Shown: positions 1 through 9,043 of the stretch, one piece after another | Position numbering within the stretch: position 1 is the first letter of the stretch | How the letters are laid out: each line of letters opens with the position of its first letter | From: Alphaproteobacteria bacterium | Lineage (GTDB): Bacteria; Pseudomonadota; Alphaproteobacteria; SHVV01 | Assembly (NCBI GenBank): GCA_965261735.1 | Contig: OZ253470.1 | Span: forward strand, 1,984,001-2,048,000 | Length of the DNA stretch: 64,000 nucleotides | Reading direction: 5' to 3' | Notes under the pieces: generated by a model | The model's database searches: none | Told to the model about the DNA's origin: nothing | The model's input: only the letters and a program-made list of their open reading frames with translations | Position numbers and translations under genes: made by a program

Positions 1-572
1 TTTCTCGCAACGATGCGAGCAGCGAGCTCTGCCGGCGGATAGGGCAGGCGGGTCCAGCCGGCGGCCCTACCTTCACGGGCCTTCCGCTTGATGAGCTGCT
101 GCGTGTGGCGCCTGTACACACCATTGACGATCATATCGCGCTGACGCTTGTCGATTGGCGGCAGTGGCGGTCGACCCCGGGGCGGCTTGATATTCCCGGT
201 GAAGAACTTACAGATGTACTCCAGCAAAACATCCGGGATCTCGCCGGTGTTTTCACGTCGTAAGACATCGGCGAGTTCCGGTCCGCTGACATAGTCGCCC
301 GACTGTATTCGTTCCGTGATGTGCTCCAGGCAGCACCGGTGGATCTCTCCGAGGTGTTGACCTTTGGAGTGGGGAACTTTCGGCCGACCTCTCCGTCTCC
401 TGACTTCTCCGGCGAGCAATCGGCACACGTAGTCCAAGAAGATTCTCGAGAATGGAAGCGTATCCCTACTTTGGAGGGCGTCCGCAAGCTTCTCACCGTC
501 GATGTAGTCACCTTTATCTATGCGCTGTGTTAACCATCCGACGAGATCGGTCTCTATCCTAAATTCTACCAT
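1..572 (-). CDS. Hypothetical protein with two tandem ~52-aa repeats, each ending in an RGRP AT-hook-like motif; runs off the window start
   Basis: Manual translation: AGGAG RBS, ATG at 572, 190 open codons MVEFRIETDLVGWLTQRIDKGDYIDGEKLADAL...RRRRGRPK...ITERIQSGDYVSGPELADVL...PPRGRPP...LIKRKAREGRAAGWTRLPYPPAELAARIVAR. Absent from the ORF track because the window contains no stop for it. Confidence 0.8.
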   Translation of the reverse strand, partial: MVEFRIETDLVGWLTQRIDKGDYIDGEKLADALQSRDTLPFSRIFLDYVCRLLAGEVRRRRGRPKVPHSKGQHLGEIHRCCLEHITERIQSGDYVSGPELADVLRRENTGEIPDVLLEYICKFFTGNIKPPRGRPPLPPIDKRQRDMIVNGVYRRHTQQLIKRKAREGRAAGWTRLPYPPAELAARIVAR

Positions 573-840
573 CGTTTCTCTCCTGAACAATTCTTCGGCG
601 CCAATCTGGTGACCAATTTGTCGAAATCTCTATGAGCAAACAGATGATTGCCTCCGATTTGAGTGGTCAGGTTTGTTCGTTAGTGTGTGATTGCCGTAGG
701 TCAACGGCAACGATGGTTCCTGGATCCTATCCGCGACGACGAGCACTTGCGTTGAACCCCTCACCGCCCGGACTCCCGCCGGGTGGCGAAGGGGGAGGCA
801 CAGCTAACTCGGTGCATCTGACGCTGCTGGATGTGCCGAA

Positions 841-1020
841 CTAGATCGGTATCGCGCTTCTGCTGCTTCCGCCGCTGATGGCCATGAAGCCCGTAGCGGT
901 GCCGCCGGCCAACGCAACGATCCCCGTACGCCGGTCGAGGTAGGTCGATTGGGAAAACGCATCGTGGAAACCTACGTCGCGCCTGAAGGCCACCATGAAC
1001 AGTGTCTGGTCGATCTTCAT
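841..1020 (-). pseudogene. Short fragment resembling the N-terminus of a UPF0158-like protein
   Basis: MKIDQTLFMVAFRRDVGFHDAFSQSTYLDRRTGIV has a YLDRxTG motif; the sequence after it looks degenerate. Confidence 0.3.
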
Positions 1021-1037
1021 CGGTCCGAGCCTTCGTC

Positions 1038-1344
1038 TCAGAACGCGTAGCGCAGCAAGAGCCGGAGTCGTGACTCCTGAGCCTCGCCCGCGTTGGAGCC
1101 AGATGGAGCAAACGTCGCCTTCGATTCCCGTCGTGCCGACGCTACGATGTCCTGCAGCGTCACACCGTCCGCTTCCAGGCGCCCGTGGCCCGCCACGACC
1201 CGCCGATTCTCGTCGATGAGGATCGGGTTCGTCCAGCCCAAGGTCTGGATGGATCGGGCGATCTGCCGGATCTGCCTTTTGGTATGAGTACAGGCGTTGC
1301 CCGCGTACGGTCGAAGGGTGGAGGTGGCGAATGCGCTCAGACAT
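1038..1344 (-). pseudogene. Remnant of a ParB/Srx-domain DNA methyltransferase with a frameshift and an internal deletion
   Basis: LRPYAGNACTHTKRQIRQIARSIQTLGWTNPILIDENRRVVAGHGRLEA is the typical ParB-like N-terminus of mobile-element methylases. It joins directly to a C-terminal-like tail (DGVTLQDIVASARR) with no DPPY or FxGxG core. The ATG at 1344 is out of frame with the domain. Confidence 0.7.
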
Positions 1345-1524
1345 CGGACAAACCCCCGGCGTCGCCGAAACCGTCGGGGACGGCGTTGTGTGCCGCTGCC
1401 GGAACACGAGCGTCAGGGATGGTCGTTTGGAACTCGGTTCTTCGCTTCAGCGCGCCATGCCAGGTCACCGACCACCTCACTGCCTCCATCGGCGGGAGAC
1501 CGGAGGATCGCGTGATCCTCAGCT

Positions 1525-1665
1525 GGCGGGTTTGGACCGAGTGCCAAGCGTCCTCGCCGTAGTAATAGATTCTCGCAACGATGCGAGCAGCGATCTCTGC
1601 CGGCGGATAAGGCAGGCGGGTCAAGCCGGCGGCATGACCTTCACGGGCCTTCCGCTTGATGAGGT
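1525..1665 (-). pseudogene. Truncated C-terminal paralog of the 1..572 protein
   Basis: 1570-1663 is a near-identical direct repeat of 2-95 and encodes LIKRKAREGHAAGLTRLPYPPAEIAARIVARIYYYGEDAWHSVQ; its 5' part is replaced by an IS481 fragment. Confidence 0.75.
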
Positions 1666-1666
1666 T

Positions 1667-1790
1667 CTCCGTACCGAGCGCCAACACCAGGCCCGAGGTA
1701 TGAAGGGCAGGACACCCGCAGACGTCTTCGTCCGCTGCCTGCCCACACCCAAAACGACCAAGAAGGAAAAGATTGAAGAAAGCCGCCTGA
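1667..1790 (+). mobile_element. IS481-family transposase 3' fragment
   Basis: TERQHQARGMKGRTPADVFVRCLPTPK resembles the RPHQGRGMNGRTP C-terminus of IS481 transposases. Confidence 0.6.
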
Positions 1791-1799
1791 ACCAACCCC

Positions 1800-1970
1800 C
1801 TACCGGGAGCGGCCCGCGGCCTCGGGATCGAGCCGCCAGGTCTTCAACTGCGTTGGCGTGACGCCCAGCTCGGCAGCCACACTGCTATGCGTCGCACCTG
1901 GCTCCGACAGCCGGGCAACCGACTGATCCTTGTATTCCGGCGAAAATCGCCGCCTCGTCTGCTTTGCCAT
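1800..1970 (-). mobile_element. IS3-family OrfA (HTH) fragment
   Basis: MAKQTRRRFSPEYKDQSVARLSEPGATHSSVAAELGVTPTQLKTWR; truncated, no OrfB. Confidence 0.8.
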
Positions 1971-2099
1971 CTCGTCCCTCCAGGTCGGCATTCAATTTAC
2001 CGCCTGGTCCGGGATCCGGGAGCAACGACACACACCCAGCCGCGGCACCGCGCCCGGTGATCGGATAAGATGGCCTACGAACAACGAGGGGATCGCGCG

Positions 2100-2978
2100 A
2101 TGTCATTCGACGATATGCCTGAGATGCCGCCGATGTTTCTGCCTGGTGCCGAAGAATATGCGGCGCGAATTCTGGCCCGCTCGAAGGATGTGGCGGCGCG
2201 TTATCGGACGGTGATGGACGTCGCTTATGGCGAGGATTACTGGCAGAAGGTCGATTTCTATCTGCCGCAAGACGTTGGCGCCGGTGATCTGCCGGTGCTG
2301 TGCTACATCCATGGTGGCGCCTTCCGCAATGGCTTCAAGGAGTGGATGGGTTTCGTCGCGCCGCCGTTTCTCGAGCTACCCGCGGTTTTCGTGTCGTTCT
2401 CCTATCGCCTGGTGCCGAATGTCATCCAGCCGCGGGTGGTTGACGATTGCTTCGATGCGCTCAAGCTGGTCTACGACGGCGTCGGCGATCATGGCGGCGA
2501 CCCGAATCGCATTTTCGTCGCCGGTCATTCCGCTGGCGCTAATTTGGCGGCGATGCTGGCACTGCGGCGCGACCTGTCGACCGCCCGCGGGATGCCGGCC
2601 GACGTAGTCAAGGGCTGCTTCCCCAATGGGGGCACCTATGATGTGCGGCCGGAAAGCGTTGTGCCGGGAAGCGTGCTCGAGCGCTCCTACGAAGGGCGGT
2701 TCGACACTGAAGATCAAGCTGCGGAGTGCAGCCCGATCCTGTACGCGGCCGGCAACACCACGCCGTTTTTGATCGCCTGGGGCGGCGGCGACCTGGACCA
2801 AGCCAGGGCGTCTGGTCCTAAGCTAGTCGCGGCACTCGGCGGCGAACCGGGTCCCGTGCGCAAACATGTGTGGCCCGACCTCGGCCACTTCGCCGCGAAC
2901 GAAGCGCAGGCCGATCCCGACGATCCATGGACACGGTTGGCCCTGGAGTGGCTGACGTCGCCGCCCACGGCCACGTAG
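2100..2978 (+). CDS. Alpha/beta hydrolase (HSL-like esterase/arylformamidase family)
   Basis: HGGAF oxyanion motif, GHSAG nucleophile elbow, C-terminal His (LGHF); GAGGGG RBS before ATG 2100. Confidence 0.9.
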   Translation: MSFDDMPEMPPMFLPGAEEYAARILARSKDVAARYRTVMDVAYGEDYWQKVDFYLPQDVGAGDLPVLCYIHGGAFRNGFKEWMGFVAPPFLELPAVFVSFSYRLVPNVIQPRVVDDCFDALKLVYDGVGDHGGDPNRIFVAGHSAGANLAAMLALRRDLSTARGMPADVVKGCFPNGGTYDVRPESVVPGSVLERSYEGRFDTEDQAAECSPILYAAGNTTPFLIAWGGGDLDQARASGPKLVAALGGEPGPVRKHVWPDLGHFAANEAQADPDDPWTRLALEWLTSPPTAT

Positions 2979-3126
2979 GAAATCGTATGGCGTTGCTCAT
3001 AATGCGTTCTCCTCGAAATACGAAGACCGGCTTGAGTTCGTTCGCGGTTAGGTTATCGTGGATTTCACCGAGCCTTAGCACATGCTCGAAAGCCGCCATG
3101 CATCGGGGTGTCGAGGTCGTCATCGG

Positions 3127-3713
3127 TCATCGGGCTGTGATCCGCCCTTCGATCGCCGGCGCGACCGTGCCGGCCGCAATGATGTGATCGATCAGCTGGC
3201 CGGCCATCAGGGTGCCCGACGCCGAGTCGACCAGCACCTCGCCCGCCCTGAACACGCGATAATCGTCGCCGCCGCGCGCGAGGAAATTGTTGGTCGCAAG
3301 CGTATAGGTCTTGCCATCCTCCAGCGTTGCACGGCCCACCGTGACGCTCGTCACGCGGTCGCCCGGAGGTCTGCGCGCGTCGAAGGTAAAGGCGAGACCC
3401 GAGATCTGCGGGAAGCGGCCCGAGGGGTTCTCCGCCCGGCTCACGCCGGTCTCCAAGGCTTCTCGCACCTGGGCGCCGGTGAGGCGGAGCACCACGGTCT
3501 TGTTGCCGAAGGGAAGCTCCGTCAGTACCATCTTGCGGGTGAGCTTGGTGCCGGGCGGATAGACCGTGTCGCCGCGAATGCCGCCGCCGTTAGTGAGCGC
3601 GATATCGCTGCCTGTCGCCTGCCGCATGGCGTCTGCCAGCAGATTGCCGAAGGCGGTCTCGGCCGATCCGCGGGCTTGTGTTGTGGTCAGGAGGGCGTTG
3701 TCAGGCATTGTCA
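3127..3713 (-). pseudogene. 5'-nucleotidase C-terminal domain only; N-terminal metallophosphatase domain missing
   Basis: ETAFGNLLADAMR, NGGGIRGD, LPFGN, FPQISG and FLARGGDDY motifs; 5' end abuts the IS110 right end. Confidence 0.8.
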
Positions 3714-5068
3714 TGTATGGACGCCCCCGGTGTTGCAAGGGAGAAACTGACTTAAAACGGCGGTAGAGCTTGCAGTCATGTATCCGGCCTTTGCGCTGCG
3801 GTACGCTGACCGCTGGCCCTGATGGAATCCGAAAGATCGACGCCCAGTCAGATTAACGAGCTCAAAGCTCTGACAATGCCTCGGGTTTGGCCGATCTCGG
3901 GTGGAGCCCTGTTTCGCCATCAAATCGTCGTTACCCTCGCAAGTTTGTATCCGCTTTCCAGCTGGTCAGGCGGGCGACGGTCGGTAGATACGCTCGTATC
4001 TGAGCAGTGCCCAGGCGACGCGGGCTGTCTTATTGGCCATGGCGACCAGCACGACGTTTGTCGGCCGCCGCGCCAGGAGCCGGTCGGTCCAGCCAGGCCC
4101 CGTGCCCGGCTTGGCGCGGCGCCAGCGCAGCACGCTTCGCGCACCATGCACGAGCAAGCGCCTGATATAGCCATCCCCGCGCTTCGAGATCCGCCCCAGC
4201 CTGTCCTTGCCGCCACTCGAGTGTTGTCGGGGCACGAGACCGAGCCAGGCCGAGAGCTGCCGGCCCGAGCGAAACTGCGCGCCATCTCCGATCGTCGCGA
4301 CCAGCGCCGTCGCGGTGATGACACCGACGCCGGGGATCGTCGCAAGCCGGCGGCTCGCCTCGTTGGAGCGGTGCCAAGCCAAAAGCGTCGCCTCCAGCTG
4401 CTTGATCCGGGCCTGAGCGGAATGGAGCTGCTCAACCAGAGAGCCAAGCGCCTCGCGTGCCAGAGGGGGCAGTCGCACATCACCGGGATCTTCGATGATG
4501 GCAACCAGTTCCTCCACCTTCGACGCCCCTTGAGCGACGATCAGTCCGAGCTCCGCACAGTGGCCGCGAAGCGCATTGATCACCATCGTGCGTTGACGGA
4601 CCAACAGCTCACGGGCCCGGTGCAGCATCAAAACCGATTGCTGCTCGGCGCTTTTCGCCGGCGCAAAGCGCATCGTCGGACGCGTCACCGCCTCGCAGAT
4701 CGCTTCCGCATCCGCCGCGTCGTTCTTGTTCGTCTTGACGAAGGGGCGAACGTATTGAGGCGGGATCAGCCGGACCTCATGGCCCAGCGCTTGTATCTCA
4801 CGCGCCCAGTAGTGCGCACTGGCGCAGGCTTCCATGCCGACAAGACATGATGGCAATCCGGCGAAGAACGCCAACACCTTCCCGCGGCGCAGCTTCCGCC
4901 GTAGTACCGCTCGCCCCTCACCATCAGCACCGTGAACCTGGAACACCGTCTTTGCCAGATCAAAACCGATTGTTGTAATATCCATCGTGGACGCTCCCTC
5001 TGTCTGGAGTTCAAACCAAACTCCATTCTGGCGCACTCGACGCCGAAAAGGGGGCGCCCATACCATCA
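3713..5068 (-). mobile_element. IS110 family, IS1111-type element, apparently complete
   Basis: 14-bp sub-terminal inverted repeats GTATGG(A/G)CGCCCCC at about 3715-3728 and 5050-5063; ~250-bp non-coding region 3' of the transposase; no target duplication seen; ends approximate. Confidence 0.85.
3966..4985 (-). CDS. IS110-family DEDD transposase/recombinase (339 aa)
   Basis: IGFDLAK, GMEAC and KNDAADAEA (DEDD RuvC-like); PGVG...TA and LGLVPRQHSSGGK (catalytic Ser loop). Confidence 0.95.
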   Translation of the reverse strand: MDITTIGFDLAKTVFQVHGADGEGRAVLRRKLRRGKVLAFFAGLPSCLVGMEACASAHYWAREIQALGHEVRLIPPQYVRPFVKTNKNDAADAEAICEAVTRPTMRFAPAKSAEQQSVLMLHRARELLVRQRTMVINALRGHCAELGLIVAQGASKVEELVAIIEDPGDVRLPPLAREALGSLVEQLHSAQARIKQLEATLLAWHRSNEASRRLATIPGVGVITATALVATIGDGAQFRSGRQLSAWLGLVPRQHSSGGKDRLGRISKRGDGYIRRLLVHGARSVLRWRRAKPGTGPGWTDRLLARRPTNVVLVAMANKTARVAWALLRYERIYRPSPA

Positions 5069-5115
5069 GAGTAAATGGGCTTGAGCTAAAAAGTAAGATC
5101 TCGTAGCCTCCGGCG

Positions 5116-5201
5116 ATGCACAATCCTTTCCGTTATTTCAACAGTTCGCCTGTGGCAATCCGCAGCGCGGTGATGCTGTATGTCCGTTACCCCTTGTCGC
5201 A
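5116..5201 (+). mobile_element. IS6-family transposase 5' fragment
   Basis: MHNPFRYFNSSPVAIRSAVMLYVRYPLS matches the NPFRYFxSSPEVIRLAVMxYVRYPLS start of alphaproteobacterial IS6 transposases. Confidence 0.75.
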
Positions 5202-5245
5202 GAGCCGTGCGGTACTGGTAGATTCTTCAGTTCCGACCCAGTTAG

Positions 5246-5659
5246 TCTGATGGTATGGACGCCCCCTTTTCGGCGTCGAGTGCGCCAGAATGGAGTTTGG
5301 TTTGAACTCCAGACAGAGGGAGCGTCCACGATGGATATTACAACAATCGGTTTTGATCTGGCAAAGACGGTGTTCCAGGTTCACGGTGCTGATGGTGAGG
5401 GGCGAGGGGTACTGCGGCGGAAGTTGCGCCGCGGGAAGGTGCTGGCGTTCTTCGCCGGATTGCCATCCTGTCTTGTCGGCATGGAGGCCTGCGCCTCTGC
5501 GCACTATTGGGCTCGGGAGCTGCAGGCACTCGGGCACAAAGTGCGGCTGATCCCGCCTCAATACGTACGTCCCTTCGTCAAGACGAACAAGAACGACGCG
5601 ACGGATGCGGAAGCGATCTGCGAGGCGGTGACGCGTCCGACGATGCGCTTTGCACCGGC
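5246..5659 (+). mobile_element. Truncated second copy of the IS110/IS1111 element (left end plus the first ~110 codons, ATG 5331)
   Basis: Near-identical inverted copy of about 4660-5070; similarity ends at MRFAPA. Confidence 0.9.
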
Positions 5660-5783
5660 GTGGCCAAGTCCCAGGTGAGCCGGCCGTCGGCACGCACCCG
5701 CACCGTCTCGCGCGGCGGCTTCGCCGTCCGCGCCGCCAGCTAATCCACAGCTCGCCGCCTGCGGATCCAGGAGCGGATCGGCG

Positions 5784-6362
5784 ATGTCGAGCGCTGATGG
5801 CGGCCCGGTCGTGAACGCCATGGCCGGGCGTCTGCAGCCGGTGCTGGTGCTGGTGGGCGTGATCTGGGCGGTCGAGATCGTCAACCTGCTCACTGGCCAT
5901 GTGCTGGTGTCGTGGGGAATCCTGCCGCGTTCTCTGAGCGGCCTGATCGGCATACCGCTGGCGCCGCTGATCCATGGCGGTCTCTGGCATACGCTCTCCA
6001 ACACGGTGCCGCTGGCGCTTCTCGGTACGCTTACGCTCGCGAGCGGCCGCAAGCGGTTCTGGCAGACCACGATCGCAATCGCCTTGCTCTCCGGCGCTTT
6101 GGTATGGCTGTTTGCGCGCGAAGCCTACCACGTTGGCGCCAGCAGCCTGGTGTTCGGCTATTTCGGCGCGATTTTGGCGCGCGCCTTCACCGAACGCAGT
6201 CTATCGTCGATGGCGATCGCCTTCGCTACACTGGTGATCTATGGCGGGTTGCTGTGGGGGCTGCTGCCGCTGCGCAACCACATTTCGTTCGAGGGACATC
6301 TGTTTGGCTTTGTCGCCGGCATCGCGGTGGTATGGATTGGTCGGCGATTGGCCCGGGAATAG
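5784..6362 (+). CDS. Rhomboid-family intramembrane serine protease
   Basis: HGGLWHTLSN, HVGASS (GxS), EGHLFG; multiple TM helices. Confidence 0.9.
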   Translation: MSSADGGPVVNAMAGRLQPVLVLVGVIWAVEIVNLLTGHVLVSWGILPRSLSGLIGIPLAPLIHGGLWHTLSNTVPLALLGTLTLASGRKRFWQTTIAIALLSGALVWLFAREAYHVGASSLVFGYFGAILARAFTERSLSSMAIAFATLVIYGGLLWGLLPLRNHISFEGHLFGFVAGIAVVWIGRRLARE

Positions 6363-6465
6363 CGTCACCGGATCGGGCTTGGTTAGCGGAGCGAACGGCT
6401 GAGGCGGGGGCGCCTGATCCCTGCGGAAACCGGCTCCCCATGCGCAACTGTCTTGATATTTGTTC

Positions 6466-7571
6466 CTTGCCTATCCGGTTAACGCCCATGACCGCTACAT
6501 GTAGGGTGCCGCCACTCTCCCGAGTAAAGCTCGGCATAGGTTGGAGCAGAGGTGTCGCCCGCGATGCCGAGCAATGAGCGGAAGGCGTTGAACGGGTAGA
6601 ACCGCCTGTTGAAGCGGAAGGTGAACTCGTTGAGGTAGGCTTGTAGGTGCTGGTGGCTAACGCCGTGGTGAGATACCGATCAGCCACGTCTTCAGGTTGG
6701 CGAAAACCAGATGGATGATCGGCAGGTATTGCTCGGCAACCTCTGGATCACCACACTCGGCAACAGCGAAGTGCTCATAGCCGCGCTTACCGAGGCCAGC
6801 ATAGCCGCTCCAATCGTCAGTAACGATCAGCGATCGCGGCGCGACGGTGCTCTCGACGAACCCACAGAGCGACTCGGCGCTACGGTCGAGCACGACGGCG
6901 AGCCGAACGCGTCCGGCATAGCGTCCGTCTTTCCGGTTGTCGAGCTTGGTGCCCGGCTTTCGATGACGCACCTCGATGGCACAGGAGACGGGAACCTTGT
7001 GGTGAACACCACGGCCTTCCCCACGCGTTCGCCCGCCAACCCAGGTTTCGTCCACCTCAACATGGTTCTTGGGCTGTCCACCGATCCTGTCTTGGTTGGG
7101 CCGCACCATGCCCGAGCGGAGCTTGTGGAGAATTTGAAAGGCCGTCTCGTAGCGCGAAAGACCAAGTTACCGCTGAAACTGCACGGCGGACATGCCGGGC
7201 GTCTGACTGGCGACCAGATAAGCGGCCCAGAACCAGACGTTCAGCGGAGTGTGGCTACGCTCCATCACTGTTCCCACCGTCAGCCCGGTGTTCTGGCGGC
7301 ACTTGCGGCAGCGCAGGACGCCAGGGCGGTTTTCAAAGTGGAACGGCTCTCCCGCCGTGCCGTAGTGCGGGCAGGCAAAGCCGTCTCCCCAGCGGGCTTT
7401 CTCCAGGTAGGCGGCGCAGGCCGCATCATCGGGGAAAAGTCGCTGGAACTCGGGTAGCGAATGCGGGAATGGGAGATCGGCGCGGTCGAGAACATCCATG
7501 GCGCGCTCCCCTATATCCGGTTTGCGCCCATTCTAGCCCTAGTGGGTGTGGGTGTAAACCGGATACGCAAG
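6466..7571 (-). mobile_element. IS1595-family element, degenerate copy (transposase pseudogene about 6479-7499)
   Basis: Nearly identical to 50713-51817 but with CAA>TAA at about 7167-7169, a +1 insertion at about 6671, a Zn-ribbon C>Y change (CPHY) and one IR substitution; IRs CTTGCCTATCCGGTT / AACCGGATACGCAAG. Confidence 0.92.
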
Positions 7572-7600
7572 CTTACGCCATGCTATGTGAAGTGACGGTC

Positions 7601-8254
7601 TTAGACCAGCCGCGGCGCGCCCGCGTCCCGGCCGGCCACCCGCCGCCACCGCGCGAGGTCGGCGGCGCAATCGACGTCGATGAGGGTCTCGAGCCAGGCG
7701 GCGGTGGAGGCTCGCGGCAGGTTGGCCCGTGTATCGGCGAGCGCGTGCGGGCTCGACCAGCGGACATCCGTGAACAGGCTCTTGCGCGGGAACGAGGGGC
7801 CGGTGCGGCGCAAGCCGATGAGCCAGTATCCTCCGTCCGCGGCCGGACCGAACACGACGTCGTCGCGCCGCAACGCCTTGAACGCGGCCGCGACGTGGCG
7901 ACACCCGAGTGCGGGTATGTCGCTGCCCACGATCACCGCGGGCCCCGGCGGCAGCGCCCGAAACACGCGAGCCATACGCCGGCCGAGATCGCCCGTGCCT
8001 TGCGGTGCGCGGTCGACGCCGCCGGGCCAGAAGCCGGGGCCGCGGGCGAAACGGTCCGGCGTGACCGCGAGCCAGCAGCGCCAGCGCGGATCCCGCGCGA
8101 CGCGGGCGATGAGCCGCGCCGTCGTGCGCCGGTAGAACTGCCACGCCGCCACCGCACCGGCCTCGCGGGCGAGCCGGGTTTTGACCGCCGCCACCTGGGG
8201 CGCCTTGACGAAGATCACCAGGTGATTGGTAGGCCGCGCGCGCGGCCTAGCCAT
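7601..8254 (-). CDS. TIGR04282/DUF2064 CofC-like glycosyltransferase
   Basis: FVKAP..VKTRLA, QGTGDLGRRM, IVGSDIP, VFGPAADGGYWLIG, WSS, LIDVD. Confidence 0.9.
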   Translation of the reverse strand: MARPRARPTNHLVIFVKAPQVAAVKTRLAREAGAVAAWQFYRRTTARLIARVARDPRWRCWLAVTPDRFARGPGFWPGGVDRAPQGTGDLGRRMARVFRALPPGPAVIVGSDIPALGCRHVAAAFKALRRDDVVFGPAADGGYWLIGLRRTGPSFPRKSLFTDVRWSSPHALADTRANLPRASTAAWLETLIDVDCAADLARWRRVAGRDAGAPRLV

Positions 8255-8969
8255 AGATCCTGACGATCAGGCGCGGCGGCAGGCCGAGGAAGTACAACGC
8301 CAAACAGAAGAGGTTGCGCAGGCTGCGCCATGAGTAGCCGGCGCGCTCGAAGCGGGCGGCCGAGGTGACCGCGGCACACGGCAACAAGGTCAGGCGGGCG
8401 CGACCGATACGGCGCACGAGATCGACATCCTCCATGATCGGCAGCGGGCGGATGCCACCAATCTGTGCCAGAAAGGCGCGGTGGATGAGCAGCCCCTGGT
8501 CGCCGTAAGGTATCCCCAGGGCGCGGTAGCGCCAGGCGACCGCGCGCTCGAGCCGGCGCGCCGCCGCCGATCGAGCGTCGAGAGCGAAGCGAAATACCCC
8601 CGCGGTTGCGCGGTTGCGCGGATCGCCCACGAAGTTGGCCGCGGCTTCCGCCCACCCGGCCTCGAGCCGCGTATCGGCATGGACGAACAATAGCCACTCA
8701 TGAACGGCCGCGGCGGCGCCGGCCGCGAGCTGTGCGCCGCGCCCGGCCGGACCGCGAACGATGCGCGCGCCCCGGGCCTTCGCAAGCTCGAGCGTAGCAT
8801 CGCGCGATCCGCCGTCGGTCACGATAATTTCGGCCGTGAGCCCAGTACGCTCGGTGCTCAGCGAGTCCAGCGTTGCCGCCAGCGTCGCCGCCGCGTGCAG
8901 GGTCGGAATGACGATGCTGAGGCTCGCTGCCGGCGGTTCAGCGTTCCCGGTCACCATGCGCGACATCAT
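8247..8969 (-). CDS. TIGR04283-type GT2 glycosyltransferase
   Basis: SIVIPT, TDGGSRD, GRGAQLAAGA, LFVHADT, PYGDQGL, IMEDV, TSAARF. Confidence 0.9.
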   Translation of the reverse strand: MMSRMVTGNAEPPAASLSIVIPTLHAAATLAATLDSLSTERTGLTAEIIVTDGGSRDATLELAKARGARIVRGPAGRGAQLAAGAAAAVHEWLLFVHADTRLEAGWAEAAANFVGDPRNRATAGVFRFALDARSAAARRLERAVAWRYRALGIPYGDQGLLIHRAFLAQIGGIRPLPIMEDVDLVRRIGRARLTLLPCAAVTSAARFERAGYSWRSLRNLFCLALYFLGLPPRLIVRIYG

Positions 8970-9043
8970 ACTTCACCATCGGCGAGTATCCGTGAGGCGA
9001 TATGTTCTTGCTTTGTTCGATCATTGACGCGTAGACTTTCGCC

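Noticed and set aside
131-533. Track ORFs 131..511(-) and 321..533(+)
   Set aside because: They overlap the better-supported frame starting at 572, which has an RBS, an internal repeat and a paralog
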